Assembly: GCA_000320545.1 (NCBI GenBank)
Contig: ADNK01000063.1
Location: 11,843 to 75,842, forward strand
Direction of reading: 5' to 3'
Source of the DNA: Bigelowiella natans CCMP2755
Lineage: Eukaryota; Protista; Cercozoa
DNA: 64,000 nucleotides
Shown: positions 26,572-41,255 of the stretch, piece after piece
Layout of the letters: each line of letters begins with the position of its first letter
How positions within the stretch are numbered: position 1 is the stretch's first letter
Translations under genes and position numbers: made by a program
The notes under the pieces: generated by a model
Seen by the model: the letters and a program-made list of their open reading frames with translations, nothing else
The model's database searches: none
What the model was told of the DNA's origin: nothing

Positions 26572-26929
26572 ATTATATGGCCCATACTCCTCCCCATATA
26601 AAAGTTCCTCCGTTGGGTAGGTTCACACCCATTTCTCTTGCTGTGATGTTCGGCCCTGTCGATTCGGTCAGATCGCTCATTGACAAAGGTGCTACTGCTG
26701 CTGCTGCCGCTGCTAAACGGTGACTTTGTAGTATTGCATCCCATACTGAGGCATACTTCTCTACCACGCAGGTGCGAAACTAGATTTCGTGACTGAAGGC
26801 CAAAAAATATTCTCTCTGAAAAACCTAGCCGAATTTCGAGGGAGCGAAGACATATTGAAACTTCTCGATGAGGACGGGGTGCACGGGCAATGCCACCACT
26901 GTGATGTGAAAAATTGTGTAATTTCATGA
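25445..26929 (+). CDS. Small ankyrin-repeat protein with N-myristoylation-like start and C-terminal CaaX
   Basis: Exons encode MGAESSK..., GFSPLAIASM, G|FTPISLAVMFGPVDSVRSLIDK|GAKLD...LAEFRGSEDILKLL...KNCVIS*. Confidence 0.7.
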
Positions 26930-27380
26930 TCGAGGAGTGAAATGCGTGCGTATGTGTGGTCGAATCTAGTAGTTTTGTTTCGGGTCTCTTTACAATGTAA
27001 GCACAAGCTGTGAAGCCAGCAATATTTACAATGCCACGCTGTCTACGATGGCTGCGGCTATAGTCGGCTATAAATACACGTGTGCATGAGTGCACTTGAA
27101 TTTTGCTAAATCAACAAATGGAAAGTGCGTCGTTGAAAAACAGACTGCGATGTACGTGCATATCATTGCATGCATGCGGTGCATGTTGCTATGTGGGTGT
27201 GCGCATGCAGTCTCGCTCTAGTGCATCAACAATTCATTACATCCGTCTCTCCTGCTGTACACGCCATGAACATACACATATACACATATTAGACGACGGA
27301 TACATTGAATGATTTGTCATTCTTTCAAGCGTCATTCCGCCAAACTACCCGCCTTTATTTGATGGCGTACCAGCATCTAG

Positions 27381-28202
27381 CTACTTACTGAGAATGTAGA
27401 TATTTTCTTTTTCTTGATTCTTTCCTCCCATGGCATACAGTATACGAAAGTCGTCGTCTAGGTACGTCATTCTCCACGTCCCAACCGCTTTCAATTCCTT
27501 TTCCTGCAGTGGAAACCCTAGTAATTCTAACCGGATATTTTTGAACTTAACTCTCCAAGTGCTGGACGACAGATTGTCCCATGTAGCTGAAAGTGTTCCT
27601 TTAAAAAATCCGTTTCCGAGACTGACTATGTTAAGATATTCATCCTTTCCTATATCAACATTTTGTGTGACATCTCCGACAAAAGGTCCGAATTTACCAG
27701 CAGATGAGCCGTCGTTAGTTGTATATAGCAATTTCCACTCCCCTTCAAGAAGGGAAGAGCTTGTCAATTTTCGGGTAGGATTAGCGCTTTCGAGCACTTT
27801 CACTATCTCTGCCACTTGCAGTCTTTTTTCTTGAGATGCCTGCACTCCATTCTGCGTGCCCTTTGTAGCTTTTCGAATGGACTCCTTCAGATCTTCAACA
27901 TCGACATTGGAGAACAAGTTTGGAGCTAGTAGAAAGGACGAAAACAACTTATTCAATGAAAAAGAAGGCGAAGACGCCTCAGTAGCTGATGATTTCAGCA
28001 GCATCGATGTAGATTGGGTACGCCTGTGAATCTTTCTAGGAAGCGGTATCCTCATAGCCATGTTGCCGTGATGCTTGCCGTTGTAACACGTATTCTTCTT
28101 TATTGAACGTAGAGTTGTCGGTAAGGTAGCGACGGGTTGCAGGTAGACTGCGAATACTAGCAAGACCTTTGAAATTCGATTTATATCACTGAACCCAGGC
28201 AT
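27381..28202 (-). CDS. PAP/fibrillin plastid lipid-associated protein with bipartite leader, intronless
   Basis: LESANPT, LLEGEWKLLYTT and MTYLDDDFRI motifs; N-terminal hydrophobic stretch followed by S/R/K-rich transit-like region. Confidence 0.9.
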   Translation of the reverse strand: MPGFSDINRISKVLLVFAVYLQPVATLPTTLRSIKKNTCYNGKHHGNMAMRIPLPRKIHRRTQSTSMLLKSSATEASSPSFSLNKLFSSFLLAPNLFSNVDVEDLKESIRKATKGTQNGVQASQEKRLQVAEIVKVLESANPTRKLTSSSLLEGEWKLLYTTNDGSSAGKFGPFVGDVTQNVDIGKDEYLNIVSLGNGFFKGTLSATWDNLSSSTWRVKFKNIRLELLGFPLQEKELKAVGTWRMTYLDDDFRILYAMGGKNQEKENIYILSK

Positions 28203-28775
28203 GGTCAGGTGGCCTAGATCGGTGTTACGTCGTCGTCGTGTATTTGTGGTGGTGGTGGTGGTGCTCGACAGACTCTAATAAGCGGTGTGAGTGTATGTAT
28301 AATTACAAGAGAATTGTTGGTTTAATCTTGGAAAATAATGTAATAACACTCAGACTAGTCTCTGCGAGGACTTTCTGCGACTGCGACAACAAATTTCACT
28401 TACATTTCTGAAAATACGAACCAACACAAGAGCTGTTTGCAGGGTTTACGCCAAGAACTGATCCATTGTTTGGCTCTGAACGCCCTTTGTTTCAACCTAA
28501 TTTTGGTCTCATTTTGTTGACACAGAAGCAAAATCGGGACAACACAATCACAAGAAGAAGTCGCATGCAAGTAGATCTAAATATTGGCAATTTGTTCAAA
28601 ATATGGTTGTCGTTCCTTTAATATTGCCTTATGTTTGCAGGATTAAATCCCGAACGAACAAGAATGGTGGCCACTATACCCCCTTAGCTTGCTGCAAGAT
28701 TCTTTTGATACAAGGATAATAGATACTGAATAAAGCCAGGATTTGGAAGGACTGACTAAAATCTTGGTGTCTGAA

Positions 28776-29893
28776 ATGATGATGCCAGTACTAATAAGGC
28801 CTCATCACAACACAACTCGCTACTACTCCTATTTAAGTTTAGTGCTGTTTGTGCTCTCAATAGCAGCAATTATTGAGCATACCTCCTCAACTTTATCAAA
28901 TCTTCAACTTGGTATAAAGAACAAAGCTGTCTTCAAGCCACTAGTACAACCAGGCGCAAGAAGCACGTGGCACGTCAGTCGTCATTTGCGTAGGTAAGTA
29001 GTACCAAGACTACTACTACTACGCAGACTATTATTTTCGACGTACAAAAAACAACTAGATGATGATGAGAACTGGAAGAGTCAAAACTTTCTTCAAATTG
29101 AGAATATATACTATTTAGGGCAAATGTGAAGAGAGAAAGACATCCGATTGTCGGTGAAGTTTTCCAGATGCGTGCGAAGGACACTACTACTACCAGTACT
29201 ACTAGCACAACTCGCAGTGGTCAAAAAGTAATTACTTCAGCATCAAAATTAAGATCAAGCGAACAGCAAGAGGACCAGCAGCAAGAATCTGAAGTTGGAA
29301 ATAATCAATCATTACTTGGACCAAAAGATCATCTCTGCAAAGATGGAAGGTGTTACCTAGGAATGAGAACAATAGAAGAAGAAAAAGAAAAACACGAAAG
29401 AAGAATCAAGATTTAATTCCTATTCTTCCCAGCTCGAATGTATACGACTAGTTTCATTATCTTATGATTTTGACTAATTTCTTTATCTTAGGATTCTGAG
29501 AAATCCTATTAAACTCAGCATAGCCCATTCGAAATCCAAAAAAGGTTTGCTGACATCTTGTCATAGTGTGTCCTCTCTAGCTATTTGTGATTGAGCTACT
29601 ACCTCGTTATTATTGCCACCTTACAGTAAGAGATTATGGGGGAGATGGATCTCTTGAGAAATATATGAGACTTCCCGTGGAGCAGTATAGCATGGTAAAG
29701 CTAAGCATACATTAGTTTATTAGAATGAACAGATCAGAGATTTTTGAATTGATATTCACACAATAAATCGATAATTTATGCAGCTGAATGAATCTCTCAT
29801 CACACGAAATGAGAACAACCCGGACAACTTCTTATTGAAAGTGCCACGCCTCACATTCTTTAGTGTGTGGATACAGGTGCATCATTACGATAA

Positions 29894-29925
<32 letters not shown>

Positions 29926-31177
29926 GTTATTGTTATCATCAAAAGAAGGATATAGAGGTCCATAATACTTACTCAAGAATGTGTTTGTGCGATAATTGTT
30001 CTTCAGCCTGAGGTGGAGGTAACAGTGAAAACATCACATGATCGTGTGGTTCTCAAGGCTTCAAATTGTCATATTGAAGGCTCTAAAGCTATCATGAGAA
30101 TGGGGGTGGGTATTACTGTGTCAGTCAGTAAATAATAACCGAAGAATGATTCATATGATCATGTATGCTAATAATCCGTCCATTACCAGCGTCGTCTTCT
30201 TGCTTTCTCTCCAACCTCTCCATGTTGCCTAATGCTTCTAATCGCCCATGATTCTCTCTTCTATTATCTGATCCTCTTTCTTCTCCTACTGTTCTGTCAT
30301 CATCATCATCATCAATAGCTTCACAGGCGTTTCGAATTCGAAGCTGACTCGATGATGCGTTGGATTTCCGATGGAGAAGAGGCAAGACGAAGAAGAAGAA
30401 GAAGAAGAAGAAGAAGAAGAAGATATCTATCCTTGCCAATTGATTTTAATGATTTATCAATGACTCGGCGTTATTTGATTTCGAGTTCCTCCTTCTCCTG
30501 CTTCCTCCATTATTATTTTATTTACACTTTTAGGCCCAGGTAATTATGGATGGAAGCTTAAGTGTGTGGTCAGAAAAACTGCCACCATTCAACATCATGC
30601 CAACGGTAACTATTGTCACAGATTTATAAACAAGTTTTATATCTGTTAGATATACTGTGTATGTTCTCCTCCTCCTTTTTCACCTAGAAGCAGCAGCAGC
30701 AGCAGCAGAGACATATCCTCCATAATTAGACATGATGCACGTATGTCTGCATACTCACATTGTTACGGGATAATACCAAACACGTTACCACGAACATCAC
30801 AGCTGTTATTGAAAACACTATTATCATCATAATCATCATCATTAATTTCTTGCTCTCTACAAAATAGGTCGTTCTCCAGAAAGGAAGTAATGCTGTTCTG
30901 GGTGCTGCAGTAAAAACAATTCAAAGGGTATTATAGTGCAAGCACATATGATGATGATGAGAATGATGGAAGAAGAAGGTGGGCAAAGCGGGAAGATGGT
31001 CGTTATTATGTGCTAGAACAGTATATAATTATTTTGTTTCAGAAATGATGCATTGGTAGAGAATCAAGTGACAAATTGTCGTATTATGCTTCTCCTTCTC
31101 ACCACCTTTCTTCAGATCTTCATGAATAATCTGATGGGGGACTACGAGAAATGGGTAGTAGTAGTTCTAGTACTACC

Positions 31178-31217
<40 letters not shown>

Positions 31218-31530
31218 CAGTGGAGTGAAGTAGTAGCGGTTTGGTAATTGGCAAGGGAAGGGATCATTGTAACCAAGGGGAACTTATTAGCCACAGTTGT
31301 AAAATATGTTGTTGTTGATGCTGAGGATGCTCTATGAAATGTAGACAGCTGAGCGGTAGTAGTAGTAGTGGTAGTAGTATCAGCAACGACTGACTGATTG
31401 ACAGCAATCTGATGCCTATGACTTCTGTATTTTGACGATGTCGTTCTCTTAGGCTACAGACCCAACATATAGAGCAGAAAGAGCAGCCAGTAAATCAGCA
31501 GCAGACGCTCAGAAAACTGTTCCGGTGTGA
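28776..31530 (+). CDS. DUF1997-family protein, plastid-targeted
   Basis: SLEKYMRLPVEQYSM, FLLKVPRLTFF, PEVEVTV, LPPFNIMP, LQKGSNAVL and DYEKW|A exons; leader YLSLVLFVLSIAAII plus transit-like region. Confidence 0.82.
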
Positions 31531-31849
31531 AGCAATCAAAAGCAGCAGCAGCAGTCTGATAGCTACTTATACCGCACATCTCAAATACTAGAACTTCGTT
31601 TTGATGATGCGATGCCGTCGCCTTTAGATCACCTTTATTGTTTATAGATTTGCATGCCATGTTCTGCTCAAACCTTTAACTGCTGAAATATAAGACTAGA
31701 TGAAAGCTGGCGCATATTGTAACACAGATGTAATGAATTAAATTCAATTTGTTCAATGGCCATCCTCATGTTGTGACGACGTCCTTTATTCGCACATCGT
31801 TGCCTGTATGTGATTCAAGACAGGTAACGTTTTATGTTTGTGCGTAATG

Positions 31850-33130
31850 GCGTGAGCATGTGTGGGAGAACATGCAACAGAGCCTTTATGGCTATATTCG
31901 TGCATGCGCGTACGAACATGTTGGCCACATGTGAACACATGTAGTTAGCACATATGTTCTTGTACCCACATGTGTGTGTGTACCTGCACCAAATAATTAT
32001 GATTAGCACATGTGTTCCATTGTTGTTTGTAGCACACATGATCCATTGATGCACATGCTAGCATGCACGTGTTGCGTGACATGCACATCTTCACAAATGT
32101 GCATACACATTTGTGCCATGTGATCATCTTTTCTGTCCGGGAGCGCATGGCGTGAGCACACGCATGCGCAATGCACTTCGTAATTTGCTGCACAGCAAAT
32201 TGAGAGAAAGGGCAGCGTGTTGGAGTGCTTTGCACTCAGCGCGCGAAGTGCTTGCTTGCAGTAGCCAGCGCCAACAGCAGAGAGATCTGCGGGCGTTTGC
32301 AGGCTGCGACAAGCACGCAGCAAGAGGCTGCGAGTGCAGGTGAATTCTGTGCCTGCGACAAGCACGTCGCCGCACATCACCGCATGCAGCTCCTTTGTGC
32401 CAGCAAAGGAAGCAAGCATGACTACCTGCCTCGCTAGCAGCACAATGCATCGCTACGTGATGCATGCAGTTTGGGCACTTTCCCCTAGCTAGCGTGATGT
32501 GTGTGACCTGCACTGCATGCATGCGCAATCAGGTCAACACCTTCAACACAGAATCCAAACAGACCACCGTCTGTCTGCCCCCTCTACTTGCTACTTTGCT
32601 ACTTGTTGTGCCTGCCTCTGCAACACTGCCCGCGCCTAATCTTCCAACAATGTGCATGCACATTTGTGCCATGTGCATGGAGCAGCCATGTTCTTGTGAG
32701 CACACACCAACATGAACTACTGTCCGATGAACTTGCATGTGTCCTAGGCAGGGCACACGAATGGAGCCTTTGTGGCCACTTTGCTAGATTGTGCGCCCCA
32801 AAAAGAACCGCGCGACACTCCATGCAGCATGGCGCACTTTCTGCGCCACATCGCATTCTCATGCATGCACGTGAAAGACTTCACAGCAGAAACGAACAAG
32901 CACGATTTGCAAGCGCTGTAGCCGCGCGCAGCCTTGCAGCTACCACATTGGGAATAATAGACACAGCAATACACAATATATATTACACATATAGTGTATT
33001 GCATGTACGTCTATCATGGGATGCCCACTGCAAAGATTCAATTCATTTATCACATCAGTACGTCTCACACTGCCTCTGATGCTAGTGTGGTGTGTGTGTC
33101 TAGCTACATGTGCACAGGGCACATGTACAT
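31850..33130. other. TpA-poor, TG/CA-rich island between convergent genes
   Basis: Core ~32030-32920 has few TA, several of them in CTAG; Cys/His-rich ORFs in all frames. Confidence 0.75.
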
Positions 33131-33204
33131 GCACATACACATATTTAGACACATGTATGTATGCGCATATGTACATACACTATGTGTGTAAACACACATA
33201 GCGT

Positions 33205-33623
33205 TTAATTGTGAATAGCAGCGCAATGGTTCTTGCCATGTACCATGACGCAACATTTAGGAGATTTGGCATGACTTCTTCTTCGTTCCGCTTTTCTGGG
33301 ATATAGGGATTCGGCGAAGTTTTCCAGAAGGAGAACGCTCCCAACACATCTCTTCGTTTTCTTTAAATTCATGTGGTGTATCATTCGACTCGCCATGCTG
33401 TCTGTATGTGATGACGATCAATGTCATGAGAATGAAGCATGAAGTTGTTGTGTGTACTTACTTGATTGTGCATCTAGGAGCACGACGCCTATACAACACG
33501 GTGTGGCTCACAGCCTATAGTTTATTATATAGGGAGGGGGGGGACAATCAAGGAGGAAAGAAGACGACGAGAGAGAGAGAAGGATATGGGTAGGTTAGAA
33601 ACATACTCTTTAACAGATATGAC

Positions 33624-33657
<34 letters not shown>

Positions 33658-33738
33658 GCAGATATGTGATGATGGTGTGGTTAATAATCAAGGTGCTGGT
33701 GCTGTTTTCCCTATCATTAGTCTCATTTCACAACTTGC

Positions 33739-33808
<70 letters not shown>

Positions 33809-34058
33809 GTTAATGTACCCGTCTGAAAAGCTGCCTCGTCCTTGCATCGATTGGCATAAATCGATAGTGAACTGCTCCATAATAATAACAATAATAATAA
33901 TAACAATAATAATAATAATAATAATAATTAAAAAAAAATTAAAGAGTACATGTGATCTTTTTTGTTCCATTTGTTGTGAAACTACTAGTACTACTACTAC
34001 TACTACTTGTGGCACAGATGATGGACATATTAGGCTTGGATCATTATTTCTGTTTAAT

Positions 34059-34099
<41 letters not shown>

Positions 34100-34482
34100 C
34101 AGGGATATTGCGTTTTGAGATGCTGCTCCCAAGCATAGGGCTGTACTTCATGGCAAATGTCCTTGCAAGTTGTTGCGAGTACTCGAAGTTCAAACGGACC
34201 CAGAAAAACGCACACACGACTGAAGAAATAATACACATGAGGAAAGAAATCATCTTTCCTACAATACCATGACAACAACAACAGCGTGATTACTACCACC
34301 AGACGAGCAAAGGCACACTAATTGTAGTTTCTTCCTCCTCCTCCTCCTCCTCAAGCAGATCCTGCTTCCTTTCTCCTCCTTTTGTTTTTTCTGCGAATAT
34401 TGGTTGATGATGGTGTGAATTGTGGTGATGACCATGACCATGACCATCACCACACCCACTACCACTATACTCTTCTCCAACA

Positions 34483-34523
<41 letters not shown>

Positions 34524-36071
34524 GGAAAGATGCTGCTGCTGCTGCTGTTGTTCTTGTTGCTGCTGGTCATAGTGAGATATTAGTGCTTCCATCTCTTCTG
34601 TCTTCTTTTTCTGTATTATATCCAACTTTTTCTCTTTAAACTCCTCATCATGCCTTGACTTAACAAGACAAGGCTGGACTATATCTTCAAAATCTAAGGT
34701 TGATGAGGAAAAAGGGGGGTGGGTGAATGCAGAGAGTAGATTACAACTTTCTTTCTCAGTTGAATAGCATAATTATTTTAAAAGAAATCTTATTTAATCA
34801 TTATAACAACCTCTTTCTTCAGGAATAATCCAACACAGTATTGCCCAGGCATATCGCTATTAGCATCAAGAATAGGCTAATAAGACAACAAATGATACTT
34901 CTTCTTGTCGCGTTTGTACTTCCTACTACTTACTGCGCATATGCATACTACTACTACTACTACTTCTACTACCAAAGTATTCATTAAGCTTCAACATGCA
35001 GGCACATACGTTAAGAAGTAATCAAACCAGCATCAGAGCTATATATCATGGTTATCATCATCATATAGTAGGAAGAACAACAACAACAACAACCTGAAAG
35101 TACATGGCACCGGATGCATATGCAGCACTGAGAGCAGAAGCTGAGAAGAAGAAATAATCATTCCCCATATTCTTGAATGGATCTGTCCGTTCGCTGAATC
35201 TCCATCCTCTAATCTCATTAGAATAGTCCGCATAATCGTTGACTATTCTCTTCATACCGGACAACGCACTATTTTATGTAACCGAAAAATGAAATTCATT
35301 ATTGACTCGTGGTAATAAATAAATAGATAGTGGTAACAAGTGGTAATGTATCAGGATATATCAAGAATATATATAGATGTTATGATTACACACCCTTCAA
35401 CGAGAGCGATTTTACGTTTCTTGGATGGTGAGAGGTAGCCACCACCACCACCAGTGCTGCTACTACAACAATTAGTATCTTTGTCAGAGATACTACTGCT
35501 ACCTAGTTTTGTAAAATGAGTGATAGCAACAAGGAAAGAAGGAAGGAGGGAAGGAAAAGGCAAATATTAGAAATGAGGAGGGTGGCAAGAAAAGTAAAGA
35601 TCATCCACCAAAATTGATGTATCATAAATCCACACAATTCGCTATAAATAGCATCTCCTTCGTTTCTCCGTATTTACTGTTTTTTCCACCACATACAACC
35701 CCATCATTGCGTATTTTATCATCATCATCCTGCCAGCTAACTAATCAGCAGCTACTACTACTACTACTACTACAACTACTACTACTACTGGTTGTAGCAG
35801 CATGAGCTGAAAGTTGCATTCCAGGTGCCTCAGGATGATCAGGAGATCCTCGAGTCCCAAATCCTGTCCAATAGCTGAATAAAGAAGAACAATTATTGAA
35901 TAAGTATCGAGTTCCAAATCCTGTCCAATAGCTCAATAATAAAGAAGAACAATTATTAAATAAGTAATGAAGACCAAATTATTTGAAACACTGGCTTCTT
36001 CTTCTATTTCTTCTTGTTCTTCTTCTGATTCTGTGCAAACACATGCAGAATATACAGTCACTGTCTAAAAA

Positions 36072-36103
<32 letters not shown>

Positions 36104-36949
36104 TGTGTGTAAAAATAATACCCGTGAGTATGTAGACCTGCTGGGGCTATACGTGGTGAATTCTGAGGAGGGGAAGGAGGAGGAGTGTCAATATCCATAC
36201 AAATAATTCAATTAAATATTGTTTATTATTATAATGATATGTGTCTTCCTCCACATATGATAACTGCTAAAGATGATGATGAGGATGATGATGACGATGA
36301 TGATGATAGTATTGCTCACAGCATCAAGCGTTTCATCTATATCGGAGCCAAATCCCTCGATGTGAACACGAACCTGTTGCATGCCGCACAGTTCATAATT
36401 AGACAATAAATAGTAGGTAGTAGAAGTGTCAGCAGACAGACTAAATAACACTTATCCGTATACAAAGCATTCATTTTCATATTATTAAATTATGGTGATG
36501 AAATATGTAGTATCTCCTTGATTAAATAATAATGCATCACCTTTCGTATAACACCAAACCTATCAGCTTCTACGTCGATAACTAAAGCACTCCGCCAACT
36601 GAAAATAATAATAATAATTATTAAAATAAATAAATTATAATAATAATGATAATGATAATAGCATCGGGATGATAATGAGAAGACTAACAAAAGTGTGATC
36701 AGATGAGTTAATTATGCTGCTGTGATGTTGGAAGGGGAAAACACTGAATGATGATAATGATGATGATGATGATAAATATAATTGTCCTCTGATAGTTGTT
36801 CACATTTGATTTCATTATTATTATTGATTATTCAGTCATCATTAATTTTTGATTGGATTACCTGCCCTGGGTATCACATAAATCAATAGGAAGTCCCAGC
36901 CCTAACATCTGAACGAACAGCATCACATGATACGGAGAAGATTAGGAAC

Positions 36950-36989
<40 letters not shown>

Positions 36990-37637
36990 TTACCGGTCGT
37001 ATTTTCCTTTGTTCCTTAAGTTCCTTCGCTAGCTGTGACGTAAGTAATCACACGTTCTCACAACCATGCAAAGGAGATGCGTCTTGTTCACAGTTATATC
37101 TTAATCTTTGTGCAGCAGCAGCAGCAGCACTTACTTACAGAACATCTATGTTAACCGATACTACCTGTGATAAAAAGTATCTTGCTTGTGCTCTGCCCCT
37201 AGACCTAGATAGTATTTGGGTCAATGTTGTTACAATATCGTGCTCACTAGCAAAGACACAATAACAAAGATTATTATAGTGATAGCGGACGCATGGGCTT
37301 TCGTTTTCATGCAAAACTTCACGGCTACTGCTATACTACTACTACTACTACTACAACTACTATTACTACAACTACTACTTATTAGTTATAAAAATCCCCC
37401 CCCCCCCCCCCCCCCACACGGTTACAACATTTTGAGACTTCGTAGCAGCTCGAGAAGCACGCTCTCTTCACTCTCCCTTTTTGCTTTCCACTCCTCCTCC
37501 TCCTTCGCTTGAATCTTTAGCTCCATCTGAATAATCGCCTTGCTTGGTTGGAATACCTGCTGATCAGCCTTATCTCGATCGCAGTCATTCACATTGTCGT
37601 CATCTTCGTCGAGGCTCCCAAACCCTGCCAGTGCCAT
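33205..37637 (-). CDS. Multi-exon hypothetical protein with a possible Tudor/chromo-barrel-like segment
   Basis: Start MALAGFGSL at 37637; exons WRSALVIDVEAD, VRVHIEGFGSDIDETLDA and SPRIAPAGLHTHG resemble the VHF.GW...DE....S.RIAP.G pattern; microsatellite-rich introns; 3' end uncertain. Confidence 0.5.
35851..35966. repeat. ~57-bp tandem duplication covering a splice acceptor
   Basis: cgagt.ccaaatcctgtccaatagct...aataaagaagaacaattatt.aataagta at 35851 and 35908. Confidence 0.9.
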
Positions 37638-38481
37638 CCTTCCTCCCCCCTTAGTAGTAGCAGTAGTAGCAGTAGCAGAAGGTTGTCACCAGCAGCCTAA
37701 CCCCATACGTGTTCTTTCTATCTTCCTTGGAAGTTGTTGTTGTAGTTGTTGTAGTCCATGGTAGTTGTAGTTGTTGTAGTTGTAGTTGTTGTTGTTGTTG
37801 TTGTTGTTGTTTAGCATGGACGAAATACCAATATGAAAATCACTTCGGTGTAACAACATAGCTGGGAAGTCAAGGGCGCGAAAAGATTAACTAACTAACT
37901 AACTAACTAGGAAATAGCGGTAGGAAATGGGTAAATATAGCTGGGAAGTCAAGGATGCGACTAGAATATCCAACTACCGAACTGGGCAACTGTGTAAGAA
38001 GACCGCATTTACACATTTACCAAATTTATGTCTAAAATGCCCTGAACACACTATGGTACGACACCAAAATACTTGATCTTGCTTTCTTACGATATTGCTG
38101 GTCAGAATTAACCAGTCGCCGAAATCATTTCCGAAAACCTTTTCCAATTACAAATAGGCTTTATTAATCATTTTTCGCAAGTTTTTGAGGGAATTTTCTT
38201 CCTGATATGTGTCGGAAGAGGAAAGATCAGTCTGAATATTTTCGGTCCGGGCTACAAGATTCATCATTTTGGTCAGGTCAAGCTCCCGTCCTCAATAACA
38301 CGAAGTACAAGCATGTGCCATAATAGCCACTAATCCACCATATTTCCGCTAACAATACTTTGATCAAATACATTAACATTCTTTCAAGGGGAGTTCTATT
38401 TGCCAACTGATCTTTAGATTCTCCTCACGTGGGATGTCGCAAAATCATTGCACTGACTTTTTCTTTGGCAGAAGTCATACT

Positions 38482-41222
38482 ATGATGTTTCGAGCACTAA
38501 AGGTCACGTGACTTTTCCGTCTTAGAAGGATAAAGAAATGGGAGATAATCTACAGTACCCCTTAAACTCCGATCCTATGTGTAATAACTTAGACGTCGTC
38601 AAAACTCAACCGCATATCTGCAGCACCGGCATTAGTATCGCCGTTCTTGCATCGTCATCTTTCTACAACTACTGATAACCCATACGGTAAAGTCAAGGCA
38701 GATGCAAAAGAGGCACTAGATGCTTCAGGAATTAAATCAGGTCATAATAAACGGTTTCTTTTTTCGAAACTTCACAATCATCATCATAATCATCGTCATC
38801 GTCATCAAATAATAATAGCAACATTCCATATGCACACTTGTATTAGGCGACCATGTTGTAGTTGGAGGGTTCGGATTGTGCGGTATTCCTATGGGATGTA
38901 TTGAAGGCCTAAACAAAACAGATATCAAGGATCTCACTGTTGTCTCAAATAACTGCGGTAAATAAATAGAAATTCTCAGTAGGAACATTTTGTGAAGAAC
39001 TAGTCTGCTGCTACCATATTCTTCAAGTTTATTTGCAGTATTATGGGTAATTATCAGTGAGCTAGTTGTATATCTTGTTGTTGCTGTGATACATATCATC
39101 CAGGTGTTGATGACTGGGGACTAGGCATTCTCCTACAGTCAAAAAAGATCAAACGCATGATCTCCTCCTACGTAAAGATAATCAAGATAGATACCATCAA
39201 ATCTGTCCTTAATACTCGATATGTCCTTCTTTACTACTCTTAAAATATAATTTGGGGGGAGAGAAGTCGTTTACTGTTCTCCTTTCCCTCCTCACCGTCC
39301 TCACCCTCAATTATCGCCTGTTTAAGGTTGGTGAGAATGCTGAATTCGAACGCCAATACCTTACCGGTAGTAGTAGTAGTAGTAGTAGTAGTAGTAATAG
39401 TAGCACTAGATTCAAGTCTATCGATTTTTCGAATCGGTTATCTCTTCTTTCTCATTAATATATTATGTTAATCGTGAATGGATGAATGATCTCATTGACG
39501 ACGTTGTTAAAGGGGAATTGGAAGTCGAGCTGACGCCTCAAGGCACTCTAGCAGAGAGACTAAGAGCTGGGGGTGCAGGCATTCCTGCTTTCTACACCCC
39601 AACTGCATACGGAACTGTTATCATGGATGGGTATACTATGTAGTAGACAGCAAGCAACCGCCATTCTGCTGCAGAGACGCAAGACATGAACAATAATAAT
39701 GACAACCATAATAATGGTAGTAACATTGATATTACTGATACAATAAATTAATGGCTGCAATACTATTCTCATCTAAAGTTTAGCCTTTTTATTGTGTTCA
39801 ACATTATAGTGGGTTTCCAGTAAAGTACGCTCCTGGAGGGGGGGACGTTGAGATTGCCTCTGAGCCAAGGTAATATTTTTATTATTATCATCATTATTAT
39901 TATTACTAAATAGCAATTCCACCAAAAACAATTGATTGGATGATGAAATGCAAAGTAATACAATCCTCGATTGATGTTTGCTTGCAAGTAACATCCTGAA
40001 TTGTTTTTTTTTAAATTACATCCAATTTTTCGTCTCCTCTTGATATTGTGTTAATGATGGTTCTTATTCTCCAGGGAATCCCGTGAATTCGATGGTAGGG
40101 GGTATATCATGGAAAGGGCCATCAAGGGCGATGTTGCGCTCGTCAAAGCAGCAAAAGCTGGTAAGGAAAATAGGACAACTTTTGGTGAATAAGTCTAAAT
40201 AATTATCTTCATTTGTTTGCGTTCATTTGCTATGTTTTCTCTTATTGTGTTGTTTTACCGTCGTCCCTCTTCTTCCTCTTCTTCTTCTTCTTATTATTAT
40301 TATTCTTCTTAAGACACATATGGCAACTTGTACTTCAATGGTACAAGTCGAAACTTCAATCCAGAGTGTGCAATGGCAGGTGTAGATGATCGATGAATAC
40401 ATGCATGCTCTCATTGTTGATGGTTTTCTCCTCCTGTGGGCAAAATGTGGTATAGACGGTGGCTCCTATACATACTACTAGCATACTATAGACTGCCTCG
40501 CCTTATCATCATCCTGGTGTACTCACGATGGTGAAAGAAAGCAGATATGTTTAGAGAAGTTCCTACTTCCTCCTCCCTTTATCATCGTCACAATCCCTAT
40601 TATTATTATCTTATAATACTATCTTACATTACTATCATCATCAATAACAAAGGCAAGTTCACCATTGCTGAGGTGGAAGAGATCGTTGATGTGGGGCAAA
40701 TAAAGCCAGAGGATGTGCATGTTCCAGGGGTCTACATCAATGCTTTGGTTCAGATGAATGTCGAGAAAAAAATAGAGAGAATCACAACCTCTAAGCGACC
40801 AGAGGCAAAAGAGGAGGAGGAGGGGTCAACAAGCAAGGCGCCTTCTGAGGCTGCGATGAGAAGAGAAAGAATTGTGAGAAGAGCAGCTCTTGAACTTAAG
40901 CATGGGATGAACGTAAACCTTGGTGAGTGTCACCTACTGCTTATGCTGATAATAGTAGTAGTGATGAGGATAATGATGATTGTTCAATGAGGCTGGTGTG
41001 GTATTTATGATCTTATTATTTGTGTTGAAGGAGAGGTATTATTGCTATCATCATCAGCCTACAAATACCATCATCATCATCATCATTATCATCATCATTC
41101 ATCAGGAATAGGAATGCCAACTTTAGCTTCGAATCATTTACCAGAAGGCGTCAAGGTGATGCTGCAAAGGTGGGTAGGCAGAGAAAGAAAAAGAGAGATC
41201 AAGGAGAGCTATAGCTGCATGT

Positions 41223-41255
<33 letters not shown>

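Noticed and set aside
33666-34639. Homopolymeric ORFs (poly-I, -L, -V, YI, TH)
   Set aside because: Translations of intronic microsatellites
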